Assembly: GCA_040143965.1 (NCBI GenBank)
Contig: JASJQH010000058.1
Coordinates: forward strand, 1 to 36,516
Direction of reading: 5' to 3'
Source of the DNA: Basidiobolus ranarum
Lineage: Eukaryota
Length of the DNA stretch: 36,516 nucleotides
The position numbers and the translations under genes are program-made. Below, one piece after another: positions 15,001-27,399 of this stretch. The notes under the pieces are model-generated. The model saw only the letters and a list, made by a program, of their open reading frames with translations. It made no database searches and was not told the DNA's origin. Position 1 is the stretch's first letter; each line of letters begins with the position of its first letter.

Positions 15001-16277
15001 TTAGGCGCTATTGTCAAACAGTTTTACTAACTTCTCGATTAGCTTCTTCTTCGAGATGTCGATAATTTGTTCCCATTTGTTTAGCTTGGCCAGAAGTTCC
15101 AGTTTGATTCTGTGAAGTTCCATATCTGCTTTGCATCTAGAACCCAAATCTCCTTCGATGACTCCTAAAGCATCAGCATCTTTTCCTTGCGATAATAAAA
15201 CAGCCAAATACAAATGGACATCTAGGAGCAACAATGGTAAATCAATGAGAATGGTTGACGATTCAAACGATGTACAAACCTTCAGTAGTTTCTAAACGGC
15301 CTTCTTCGGCGGCTTTTTTCATCATACGTTCTGATAGAGTGTTAAACAAAGCTCGTTGACTCTCATTGTCCTTAGCCTAGAGCACATGTAAGTGGTGCAT
15401 GTCCAGAATTTAGTTCCTCTCTTGTATTTTAGTGCCAGAGAATAGATTGAAGTTAACAAACCTGTAGAATAAGGCTCATAACTGTCCAGAAGAGGTATTT
15501 GTTATGCTTGAAGGTTTTATGAAGCTTCAAAGAAGCCTAAAGAGGTTCAGCACAAGAGGTATATCAGCCATTATATCCATTACTATTTCTATAAAACCAT
15601 TGACTCCGCTATTACCTGTTGCTGTCCTTTGAAATCATTCGCGCGGACCATAGCCATGAACCAGTGATTGGCAATCTCTTCGTTATTGGGCATCACTTTG
15701 GATGCATTTCCATACAGATCCACCATGTCTTGGTCTAAATAAGAGAGAGTTGAGTTTAGGAAAATGTCGAGTACCAATATAAACTGTGACCTAATGTCAG
15801 GCACACTCGAGTTCTTTTTCATAATATCAATGAAGATACTTACGCTGTCCCATAGAACGGTATACCATTCCAACAATTTGGAGAGTTGGCTCGTCGATAG
15901 GCATACTTTTTTTGATAAATTTGCAAATCTCTAGAGCCTCTTCTTCCTTACCAGTACGATCCAAAGTTAAAGCTTTTAGAGCCTTTTAGAACAAAACCAG
16001 TTAGTATTGACAATAATCTACCTAGACAAAACGTTGAAGTTTAAGAACTCACCTGAACAATGAGAACATCACTCTGCTTTTTCAAGATTTTGTTGCATAA
16101 CTGCAAAGATTGCTTATAATTTTGGTTATCGATGGCATCTACAAAACGGTAAGGGTTTAGTTGAAACTAATTGAAGAGGAAAGTATCTTTGCAAGCTTAG
16201 GTTGTTATGCTATATATTCGAACCGTAAATAGAATACCATAAATAGGACGAAGTCTACGCTCGCTGAAGTCGGACAT
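12030..16277 (-). CDS. NAA25: N-terminal acetyltransferase B auxiliary subunit NAA25/MDM20, ~22 exons
   Basis: N-terminus MSDFSERRLRPIYDAIDNQNYKQSLQLCNKILKK; internal RGPFLSMLE, YFDKFGSKFCCFEDLQPY, LLENALKKSIYNFQFKFLAIRLY, MDIKHIQLDTL, TPEMIVQAYKYGTYSKIEEFIDFRKRLDDS are NatB_MDM20 hallmarks. ATG 16277, TAG 12032-12030. Confidence 0.93.
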
Positions 16278-16684
16278 TATTATGAGTATTCGTGTTCAAC
16301 TCAAAACTAACGTTTATACGAGATATCAAGTGAAGCGTCAGTGGAAGTCTGTTCCGAATTGTATGGACGTAGAGAGTGTTTACGCCAGTCGAATATCTTT
16401 TTGCAACCAATTTCATCATGGAAGATCCATCACATTCCATACACAGATGTATTTTTTTTTTGGAGGCATAGTTTGGATCCAATTCAGGTAGGATGATGCT
16501 ATTAATCTAGAATAGATTGTTCCGAAAGCTGATCTCCATAGAAATCAATGGTGAAAAAAAGTTTCCTCTTTGTTATCCCTAATTGTACGTGTTTTTCAAA
16601 ATTCATGAGGTGATTACAAAACCGATTTTGAACGAAATTCATCTCCGTAATTTAATCTTTACATAGTTCTTTATCGTTCAAGAA
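16278..16684. promoter_or_regulatory. Probable bidirectional promoter region between NAA25 and LSM6
   Basis: The two divergent start codons are only 407 bp apart. Confidence 0.5.
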
Positions 16685-17045
16685 ATGGAGCAATCTCACG
16701 AAAAGTCCCCTTCCGATTTTCTTAACCATATTATAGGACGTCCAGTTCTTGTCAAGTTAAACTCTGGGGTTGACTACAGAGGTAAAGCTTCTTCCTATAG
16801 CCTGTCACATTTAGTTCACGGATACTCAACAATCCATAGGAATTCTCGCCTGTCTAGATGGATACATGAATATTGCTCTTGAGCAGACCGAAGAATATGT
16901 TAATGGACAATTGAAGAATAAATATGGAGATGCATTCATCAGAGGGAACAATGGTATTCAGATTTGGTTAAATCTATTCTTATAGACCTATACTAACTTC
17001 CACTTCTCCAATCTAGTACTTTACATTAGCTCCTTGAAAGAATAA
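16685..17045 (+). CDS. LSM6: U6 snRNA-associated Sm-like protein LSm6, 3 exons
   Basis: Spliced: MEQSHEKSPSDFLNHIIGRPVLVKLNSGVDYRGILACLDGYMNIALEQTEEYVNGQLKNKYGDAFIRGNNVLYISSLKE*. Confidence 0.96.
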
Positions 17046-17446
17046 GATGCTCACTTTGGGAAGTCTTTTGATCGTAGAGTAGATATTTGAAAAGGATATT
17101 CTCATCGACAAAAACCCATTGCCTTTTTTTCTATTCAACTGAGGGGTAGTATTTGAATTGCAGATTTATGTAGAGTTGGTTTTTTATATAAATATTTAAA
17201 ACGACGTTATCCTTTCTATATTTACCATGAATAACACTTTTGTTAACGATCTGACGTTTGGAAAATTCTACGCCTAGTTACGTTTAGTAGTATGCAATTG
17301 TCATAAGTCGTTCAAGTTTCACGGTTTCTATAGCGTGATTTTCGATGTTAAGAAGTATTTCCTTCTTTCACTAGGAGTTGATGATATATGGAAATGAACT
17401 TGCCAATACAACGTTCATGGTTTTATTGAATAGAAAGGAATATATA

Positions 17447-17875
17447 TTAGTATATTATCTGAAGTAAAATACCTACACTTAGCAGCAGCATACGATCGAT
17501 TGGTAAGTCATGAAAACTATCGTTGACGTATGGAGTTTGTGATGTGATAGGAACCACACGAGTGGATGATCCCACGGTAACAGTGCTCATCGCTATTGAT
17601 GTAAACGAGACCGTTGTGGTTGGCGACAATAGGCTTGACAAACTAGATCCACTGGATTTTTGAGTACCGGTTGGAGATGCTAAGCTTCCAGAAATGGTTT
17701 GTTGATTAGCGTTCAAGTCACCCACATCTTCGTCATCCGAGGTGCTTTGGTTAGTGTTTGTAGACGACGGTAAGGCGGGGTTGGAGGGGGACTTGGTGGT
17801 TCCTACCGATTCATATTGCTGTACTAAACCCATTAATAAAGTCAAGAAAATCCAAACCACGAAAGGATTCCGCAT
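17447..17875 (-). CDS. Small Ser/Thr-rich secreted protein, probably GPI-anchored or cell-surface (142 aa from the second Met)
   Basis: Intronless ORF. Signal-peptide-like MRNPFVVWIFLTLLMGLVQQ, S/T/P-rich core and hydrophobic C-terminal tail MLLLSVGILLQIIY. The ORF extends upstream to an ATG at 17932, but a TATA-like TATATAAG sits only a few nt upstream of that ATG, favouring the ATG at 17875. Confidence 0.65.
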   Translation of the reverse strand: MRNPFVVWIFLTLLMGLVQQYESVGTTKSPSNPALPSSTNTNQSTSDDEDVGDLNANQQTISGSLASPTGTQKSSGSSLSSLLSPTTTVSFTSIAMSTVTVGSSTRVVPITSQTPYVNDSFHDLPIDRMLLLSVGILLQIIY

Positions 17876-18608
17876 TGGAATTGCTAAGTAAAGAAAAGGA
17901 AATAATGTGACAATGTTACCTCTGAACACCATAGCCTTATATAATTCCTGTACTCGCCCCCTATTTAGGGGGATCAGCTGTATAAGTTCACTTTAATTTC
18001 GCTGTAATACCAACGTTCGGTGGATGCTTCAAGCTTAGCTACTTGCAACATGCGCATACTTGGTTAATTGCTGCAATACCTATCTACCCCGTATCATTAC
18101 TGCTTTCGGCGAAAGAAAGCACTCCCTTCTTCAAGCATAATTGAAATTAATACCCCTTTTGCACTGTACTTCGGCCAAATTCTTTATCAAGAGTAGACAT
18201 TCTGTATTCGAATATGCACAAAGTACGGGGAACACCTAGAATGTTCATTCCGTGTCCTTTGACTTGTCTCTAGTTATTTTGGTTTATTTCTCAAACCAAT
18301 TTAAATAATTATCTGAGTGACTGTATTGTTTAGCATTCAAAACCAATATGGTTAACTATTTACTGATATCATACCTATGGAAATTTGTCACAATGACTCC
18401 AAGATAATCTCTTCACCATCTTTCGTCGAATACTTCAGATGGTCACTGCTGAGATATATATAATTAGCAACACTAATATTATGGTTTGATTGGCTTATCT
18501 GAGAGGTTGGTTAGATTCTGAATACATTGTAACTGAGCCAACATTCTCTCATTAGTTGTAGGTAAAATAGAAGAGTTTGGAGTAGCCTGAAGAATATACT
18601 TCCCTAAA

Positions 18609-18994
18609 ATGTTTTCTCACTTACGTCAAATAGCTCAAGTTACGGCTTTACGTACTTCGACTCCAAAAATATTTTACTCGACACAGTCAATGAACGCTGG
18701 AGAAAAGTTGCTTTTCGAGAAACTTAAAGAAAAATTCACACCAGCCAGTCTTCATGTTCACGACATTTCTGGTATGTTGAACCTTTTTTTTTACTGCAAT
18801 GATAATTAGTCTTCATAAGCCAACGTCTTTTTATTGAATCTTAAGGTGGTTGTGGCTCTATGTACGCCGTTGAAATCGTGTCCAAGAACTTTGAAGGCCT
18901 TTCCTTGGTTAAGCAACCTCGTCTGGTAACTGAATTTCTAGCTGACGATATAAAGAAAATGCATGGCATTCAACTGAAAACATCTGCCAAATAG
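18609..18994 (+). CDS. BOL3: Mitochondrial BolA-family protein (Bol3/BOLA3/Aim1-like), 2 exons
   Basis: Presequence-like MFSHLRQIAQVTALRTSTPKIFYST, then GEKLLFEKLKEKF..HDISG|GCGSMYAVEIVSKNFEGLSLVKQPRLVTEFLADDIKKMHGIQLKT. The GGCG Cys and MHG His are present. Confidence 0.88.
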
Positions 18995-19318
18995 TGGAAA
19001 GGTCTTTTGATTATGATAGAGAAAGCTGTGTTCTATTTGAAACCTTACCAAGTGGTATTGTTTACAAGCTCGTTATGCCCCCTCTAATCTATCAATTACA
19101 CTCAATTGCCACTCTCAAAGTTTAATTGAATAAATCAAGTTATATTTATTTTGTGTGGTGTGTCTGGTTTCAAGGTTGTGATTGCTATGGCAGTTTTTTT
19201 CTTTAATTAAACATGCTTTGAGTGCATTGCTTTAAAGTAGAATACAGAATCCCACCAAAAGGTCGTTAATAAGACTAATGAACAAAGGACACATGGGTAA
19301 AGAGGGGATTGAAAGATA

Positions 19319-21704
19319 TCAAGTGTAAATGGTTTCTTCATGCTTTCGCTTAGCTTTGAATGTGCCGGGTTTGATTTGAGCGGCTTCGTGATTAGCGAGC
19401 TCTGGTGGCACTCTAGAGAGTGGGGATTTCAACAACATCTGCTTCAGATCGTACATCACTTCGGTATCATTACTGCCCAAGAATGTAATTGCTGTACCCT
19501 TGTTACCAGCACGACCGGTACGACCGATTCTATGTGTGTAATCTTCAACATTCTTGGCCATATCGTAATTGATGACCAGGGAGACATTCTTAATATCAAT
19601 ACCACGTCCAGCAACATCAGTGGCTACTAGAATATCCATCGTACCATTTTTAAGTTGTGCAAGTGAGTACTCTCTCTGTTCTTGTGATTTACCACCGTGT
19701 AATGTCGTAACACGGTATCCAAGTTTGTTGAGCGCCTTGGCAAGCACATCACATCCCTTCTTCTGATTAACAAAAATGATGATCGGTGGTTCATACTGTT
19801 GACTATTAAGAATTTCAAGTAATCTATGTTTCTTCCTTCCTTCTTCGCCGATCATTTCAATCTTTTGTTCGACCGTGTCGACAGCTTGACCGGCAGTACC
19901 AATGGTTACTACAGCTGGTCTCCGTAAATAGCGCTTGGCAAGTCTCTCCACCGCTGTGGGCATGGTGGCTGAAAACATAGTAGTTTGTCTGTATTTAACC
20001 AAATCACTGCCAGTAAGCTCAATGGGGGCCTCTCCATCTTCGACCTCTGGCTTAATATTGGAAACTGGAAGGGCATCAAGGATAAAGTTAACGTCAAGCT
20101 CGAAACCCATATCAATCATTCTATCAGCTTCATCCATAACCACGTAAGTACATTGATTAAGTACGAGGACACGTCTATCCAGGCAATCCTTGAGACGACC
20201 AGGTGTAGCAATGATGATTTCAGCACCATTTCTTAAATTGAAGGCTTGCTCTTCCATGGCATGACCACCAACAATCGACACACAATTATAGCCGAGTTGA
20301 GTAGCAAACTTCAGAGTTTCTTGCTCAATCTGTTGTGCAAGTTCACGTGTAGGCACTAGAATTAGTGCATATGGCCCATCACCCATATTTTCTTCGTTCA
20401 ATGGTGGGAGTCGAGAGATGAAGACTAACATAGGAATCACGAAAGATGCCGTTTTACCACTACCGGTTTCAGCAATACCAATGATATCTCGATTCTGAAG
20501 TCCGATGGGAATAGCTTGTCTTTGGATAGGAGTAGGTTCATGATAGCCTACCTTTTCAATAACATCCAAAATCTTCTTGGGTAAGCCGGACTCACTCCAA
20601 GAACGATAAGGGTTGGGTAGACTTCCACCCTTGGTAGAGATATTGAAGTCTTCTTTGAAAATTCTCCAATCACGCTCTTTCATTTCAGTTTGAGGCTTCT
20701 CAGACCAATGTCTATCATCCCACATGGTCTTGGCCTCTCTTTTGGATTCGCGTTCTAGTAATAGCTCTGCCCTATGTTTCTCATCATCGGTTCTTCGCTT
20801 TTCGAGCAACTCTTGATAGAATTCAGATCTTGCGTTTTTCTGCTCCACGATGTCAATACCGGCAATATGACCTCTACCAAACATTTGAGCACCATGTCTA
20901 TCCGAATAAATGGGATTGACATCCTTGGAAGTATCCTCATTTGCGTCCCAGTCAAATACGAACTTCTTTTCATTCATTTTACGGATCTTTCTCTTTCTAC
21001 GCTCACCACCCATGTATCGCTCCTAATCGATAACAATAGAATGTTAGCAGACGATGGAAAATGAGAACTAGAATTTGAATGTATTTACTCTAATCTGTTG
21101 TAACTCCTTATCGGCAAGTTTGTTGATACCATCTTGATCAGTTTCTATGTCAGCGCGTTCAGATTGACGTTCAGGTGTCCTTTCTCTACCTTCCCTGCGT
21201 CTATCGTGTCTATATCTATCCCTACCACGATCTCTTTCACGAGACCGGTCACGATGATCACGACGATCTCTATCACGTTCTTTATCACGGCCTATATAGA
21301 TTCATCATAAGTATTAGAAACAATAACTCTAAATAACACGCAACTCTAATGGGGAAAAGTGAAGGGGTACAAACCTGATCTACGCTCCTTATCAGCTTCC
21401 TTTTCAAAATCTTCTCTAAACTTACGCTCTTCTTCCTGTCTCTTCTTTATCTCTTCCACTTCTTTTTGCCTTTTTTCAAGGGCGAGTTTGGCACGTTGTT
21501 CTTTGGTTAAAAACACTGGCTATTCCATAAAAGCAAACAATATAAAAAAAGGATATCATCAGAATAATTTGTATGGATATATATATATTATAATGGTTAT
21601 GAAGTGAAGTAAAAAGAAATACTTACCTTTTCCGCTTCTTTACTTTGTTCTTTTTTACGAATTAACTCTTCTAAAGATAAAGGTTCCTTTCTGTTGTTCG
21701 ACAT
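19319..21704 (-). CDS. PRP28: Pre-mRNA splicing DEAD-box helicase Prp28/DDX23, 4 exons
   Basis: N-terminus [32 protein letters not shown], an RD-rich exon, then [51 protein letters not shown] and [13 protein letters not shown] 21704. Confidence 0.97.
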
Positions 21705-22937
21705 GGTGTAAATTGATAAAAGAAAAAGTTACAAGTGATTTGGTGTATAAATTAATAAGATTCAAGTAAAAAAATCCTATTGATTCAATGAATTCATAAA
21801 TTTCTATACAATCTTCAGATCTGTCGAATTATTAGTAAATCTTTTTTATACTGTGGATGAGGGTGAAGAATTTCAATTTGTGGTTTAGGATCTAGTAGCA
21901 AAGTGTGTGAGAGTAGAAAGGATATCTATTGATTGGCATTCATGGACACTTGTTAGTAATATTCATTAGTATTGGTTTGGATGTATCTTCGCTTAGAAAA
22001 AGATCTACCTCCATGCATTATAGAGTTTAACAACTTTAGAAAAAGTGAAGACCATTCAACTAGGGAATAACTTGATGACGATATCACAATTACATATGCT
22101 TAGCCCTGCACAAGTATTGGGAGTTCCGTGCAGTGATTGGTATTAGAGAAGCGAAGATTTAACATCTCTCTAACATGAAACAAGTAGGCCTGGAGACAAG
22201 TTACTGTTCAAAGAGATATATTGTACATCGCACTTGGCCAATCGAGTGATGTATATCTTTCATTTGTAGAGCCTCAGCCAGACACAAACCATAATCCAAC
22301 TTCAAAATTACATGATCCATTGCCTCCCAACCGCTGCATAAATCTCATTGATCATTAAAGGAGTCACTGACAAGTACTACGAACGCTTTTCTGTAACATT
22401 GAATTTATTAACAATTATATCGTCATAGTCGAGGAACTAATCTGTAACTTGAATCTGATAGAATTCGACAAGGTGGTGGCACAGAGTCTCCAATCCCTGA
22501 AACGATGTGCCAACGACATTTGACAAATGAAGGGAAGTATATATGCTAAATAATATTGAAGACAAAACTGAGATAGAGAGATAGAGTTCAAATAAAATAG
22601 AATTTGTACACATGAATATAAGCGAAGTTGAAAAAAGTGAGGAAACTATAGATAAAAAACCCGGTGATGATCACAAACTTGAATAGACAGCCCCAAGAAA
22701 GTCGGAATTGACTAGGCTGTAGGGGACGTACATAATCCTTGAGGGCGAGGCTACAACGTTCGATTTAGTCTTTAACTCCAAGCTTAACACATATGGGGGA
22801 TATTCTACGGATCAAATCAAAATTGTGGGGGCGTACGGAAAATGCCGGTGCATTATCATGACCTGTCAGAGGTTTGAAAAAGAATGGCAACCGATGGATT
22901 GTATATGTATATTATGTTTCATGAACATGCATCACTA

Positions 22938-25131
22938 TTACTCGATTACTTCCAGTCTAGGTCTCTTTCTATGATCATCCTCGTCATAAGAATAATCTGC
23001 AGGACGTACATTCGAGTTGGTGGCAAACATTATCGAAGGAATAATAGCGGCACCTTGATTCATAGACGCATCATTCGGAATAGCAATTCCAGCCATCATT
23101 GATAGGTTATATCCGTTGTTTTGACCCATGTTCATGACGGGGATAGCAGAATAAGAACTCATAGACATAGGAGCAGAGGTAGAAGCTTGCGACGAGCTAC
23201 CCTCTTCATGGTCATTCAAGAAGTTTCCATGCATCAATGAATTGGTAAGAGCGGGATAAGGACTGGGATTTCGACCAATATGGCCCATATCTCTTATTGT
23301 ACGCAGATGCATACAGTATTTCTCGAGCATTCCGTTGAGACCAGCTTTTGAAAAGGGTTTGGCAAGAATATCATTCATACCGTTGGCCAAATAGGTCATA
23401 CAGTCGTTCTCTGTTGTGTTCGAGGTCATGGAGATAATAGGTGTGATTGCATCAAATTGGCGAATTCTGGTGGTAGCAGAAACTCCATCTAAATTAGGCA
23501 TCACAATATCCTTAAAAACACAAGAATCTATCTTTAGCAAAATTGTAAAACAATCAAGTGCAGCTTATTATTATTTACCATTAACACAATATCGTATTTT
23601 TCTAGGTTCATTTTGTTGACAGCAGCAACACCATCTGTGGCGACATCAAATGAGCATCCAAAAATTTGAAGAAGCTTGGTGCTAAGTCTTCTGCAGACGG
23701 CGTCATCTTCCACCAGAAGAACCTTAGGCGGAGTGGCCCAATTAGGCGTAAATGATCCCTTGCGAAGTTGGGTGTTCTCAGTATTGCTTTTGATTTGAGT
23801 ATTGCTACCATTACTGTTATTCAAGTTATTCCCCACGGAGCCATTGATCAAACCATTATTGTCCATGGAATTGGTTCCAAAGGGAAATGATTTGTCATTC
23901 ATGTTATCGCGATTTTCAAGTTGATTGAGGGATATTTCTAAACTCTCAAGATTGGGCTGGCCGAACCCACCTTCGTTGTTACTGTATCCACCAAGATCAG
24001 TGTTGTTCATGTTGACATTATTTATATCGTCAGAATTGTTACCAAACATACCCCCCACATGGTTCATCATAGGAACTGCAAACTGTGACAAAGATGTGCT
24101 GGCAAACTCTTGAAGAGATTGCGCCCTCTTAGAAAAATCATCAACTTGGTTGAGTGAGACTTTCGACAATTCATTGTAGGAATTCAAAAGTTTCAGCATG
24201 TCAGCGGAAGAACTTGTGTTGGAAAATGGGGCCCCATAACCAGAGTTTTCACTGACATTTTTGTGCTCTCGATTACGATCTAGAAGGGAAATAGGTTAAC
24301 TAAATTTTTACTATAAATAGAGGGAGTTCAGATGCTTACTTGAATCTTGATTAAGAACATATTGAACAACATTTTGTAGTAGTTGGTCTTGAGCTATAAT
24401 GCTTTTTCGGAAGCTTAGAATTTCTTCCACCATAACCTGATAATTTTTGCTCATCGATTGAAGATAATTGCCCATATCGCTTTGCAACTTAGAAACGGAA
24501 TTAACTTGTCCTTGTAGATCATCGGCAACCATTCTTATGTCTTCGGGTAACATACTGGTTCCAATACCGCTAATGCCAGGCTTGTTTTTGTTAGGGATTT
24601 TTCGCTAAAGAATCTGATCAGTCCTATTCATAACATACATACTTGGTGTGATGCGTTTCACATACCTTAATTGATTCTAACATCTCACACTTGTTGTGTT
24701 GAAAACTAGGATGTTGAAATTCCCAAGCCTAAAAAGTTTATAAGGTAAGTAAGTGGATTGCTTTAACCAGGTACCTTTTAGTGGAAAAATGAAATAGGAA
24801 ATCTTCGTACATGTTCTCCATAAGGTTTACTAGAGTCATCGGTATTCTTGATCTTATGAAAATCGTATTTGTTTAATTGACGAACAAAACTCGCAAAGTT
24901 ACTATGCTTAAAGTGCTTTGGAAGTATCGTTTTGGCGAATTCGTTTGGCTCTTTCACTACAAAAGTATCTCCGTTTAATCCCCAGGCTACAATATGGCCG
25001 TAGGTTGTATCTTCAAGCATTCTGATATAATATTAAGCATCAATACACTAATGCTTTGTGAAGTAACTCTAATAAATGTAGTACCTATATAGCTTCTTTA
25101 CGAAGTCAGGAACACCCGGAGCGGCTGACAT
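22938..25131 (-). CDS. SKN7: Skn7/Prr1-type transcription factor (HSF DNA-binding domain + coiled coil + response-regulator receiver), 6 exons
   Basis: MSAAPGVPDFVKKLYRMLED..FKHSNFASFVRQLNKYDFHK..AWEFQHPSF; receiver KVLLVEDDAVCRRLSTKLLQIFGC..YDIVLM|DIVMPNLDGVSAT..PIISMTSN..GMNDILAKPF, with the phosphoacceptor Asp intact. Confidence 0.95.
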
Positions 25132-27399
25132 TTTAAAAGTTTTCGTGAATTAACAGGGGATATTAATTGTGTAGTTCAACGTTGACAGTATTCAAATTGA
25201 CAAGAGAAAGAGGGTGGTTGAAATGAAAAGTATTTAGATCAGACAGTAGTGATAGTAAAGTTCAACACGAAGATAAAGAAATAAAAGAAGAGAAGGGAGA
25301 GGTAACCAAATAAGAGTAAATTGAAATTTTAGAGCTTTATGATAGCTTCGGATGGGGTTGAATCGTGATTGGTGAAAATTGAATCAAAGTAAATTTATAT
25401 AGATGCGAAGGATAAAATATTGCTTTTATTATGAACCCCCGTCTCCTTGATACGAATCGAGCACTTCGCATGGTTTCTGACTGGATATTGAGCTTGGAAA
25501 ACTGGTTGATTCTAAAAGATAATTTGCATAGTATCGTGAGACCAACAGAGGGATTCTCAACCTCATAATAGGCATGTTTTTATGGACCAAGCCCAATCAA
25601 ATCGCTGATTAGATAGATATTATCCAACTTATAGCTGGGGAATTCAAATGATGGCTGCTACGATCAGAGTCCACCATTGATTGGCATGAAGCGACGCATG
25701 AGAAGCACTAAAACTACCGTCCACTGATGAGTCAAGCAATGCCGCAAGGCTTAGTACCTGTTTTAGAACGGAAGATGGCAAGCAGACGAGTGGTTTGTGA
25801 GTATTCGACTGCTTTTCTCCACCCTATGTGGGGAAATCAAGAATATAATTGGCAGAGGCATCCATATCTCTAACTCGCAATAATAATAGAAGTGGTGTCT
25901 AATCTATTTGTTCCGAAAAAAGAAACCTAGAATAACGGAATCGATATAACATTCGAGCTGCGACCCAAAATGGAAATATTTGATTGGTAAGATGAATCCT
26001 CTGTCGCCAATCCAGCAACCAATGGCCGAAGTGCTCCTGAATCCTGATGAATTCGTAAAAGTCAAGGCTGCTACAACAGCTTCTCCTGATCAGGAATGCC
26101 GTCACGGAGTAAAATAATCAGCAAGGCATAATTCAAGCTCGCTTTCGTCTATTCAATCTATTATCATGACCAATTTGGCAGGATAAGCATCCATGTCCCC
26201 AATGTTGATACCTAGCGCTCAGAGAACAATGGATGGAATCTTCGAAACAGCTTGGTACATGAAAGCGATGTAACTCGGGAATACAGTGATTTGAAAACCG
26301 AGATAAATATTTTATGGGTGGGAATTGACAAATGACATCACCAGAAGGATTGCAGATTGCTGAAATTAACAAACCATCGACAATACGGCAAGGACTGCTC
26401 TAGACCCTTCCTATACCGGAAAGCGATTTGTGAGGGTTCGGAAAAACAGCCGATTTTTTAAGAAATCGCTATTTAGTTAGTTCAAGCGTCACCAACTATT
26501 CTCAGAAAATCGTGCCATTTTAAGCTGCAGGAAGTCTGAATCAGATCATTTGCCATTTCCTCCTTTCAAATCAACCTTTTATGGTCAAGTCGAATGGATA
26601 ATCCTAAGCAGATTATCCGAACATGGACTTATATAGATGTCCAAAAAAGGCATCGTTTAATGACCATTTCCAATTATAGCAGCAAGATCGTCTTGCGCGT
26701 GAAACATGTCCTTTCTGAAGGAGATTTTCCTAAAAAGAGCAAAAGTGCTATTGCTGTATAGTGAAGTTATGGAATCTTCTTTTATGCTTGCATTTGGGTT
26801 GAACTTCAAACTTACAAGTTCGATTTTGACTTCATTTAAAATGCGATTGACTTCATTATGATGTAGAGGGTTAAGATGGCAATGCATACCATACTGGTTG
26901 GTGCATGCAGTCCCAAACTTCAATACATTGAGAACATCATTGTTTCTAACTACCTACTTAGGTAGAAGGATGTACAAAGATGTCGTGCAACGCACAATTT
27001 CCCGGGGTTGTTCAAGTATTGAGATTAACTAGGAAATTGATTTCAAATCAACAGCAACCTCATAAAATTTACGCACGGTCTAAATCGCGTTGCAAGATGG
27101 TAATCTGGTTCGAAGCGTTAACATTCAAAAGAGACTTGCAGAATGAAACGGTGTTTCCAAACCAGCATTACTAGTTCTCTAAAGTGCATACCGTTCGTTT
27201 CTGATGGCAGGAGACATTCACATTATAACCCATACGGTTTTTTTTGAAAGTGAGCATATATGGATAGCGAAGTGTTGACCAGTTAATCAGCTTGAAGAGT
27301 GTCATGAATCCATTGTCCCGTCTTCAAATCAAATCATGAGTGCATTGAAAAAAATTCCTCCTAATCAAATAGATTGCTTTATATGCTGATGCTAATTTT

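Noticed and set aside
19340-21064. Several antisense or alternate-frame ORFs over PRP28 (and similar ones over SKN7, MCM1, NAA25 and the kinase)
   Set aside because: Shadow ORFs of real genes with no independent motifs.
25960-26330. Possible LINE motif NGRSAP-PD (cf. KAPGPDG) on + strand
   Set aside because: Single weak motif needing a frameshift, with no convincing downstream RT motifs.
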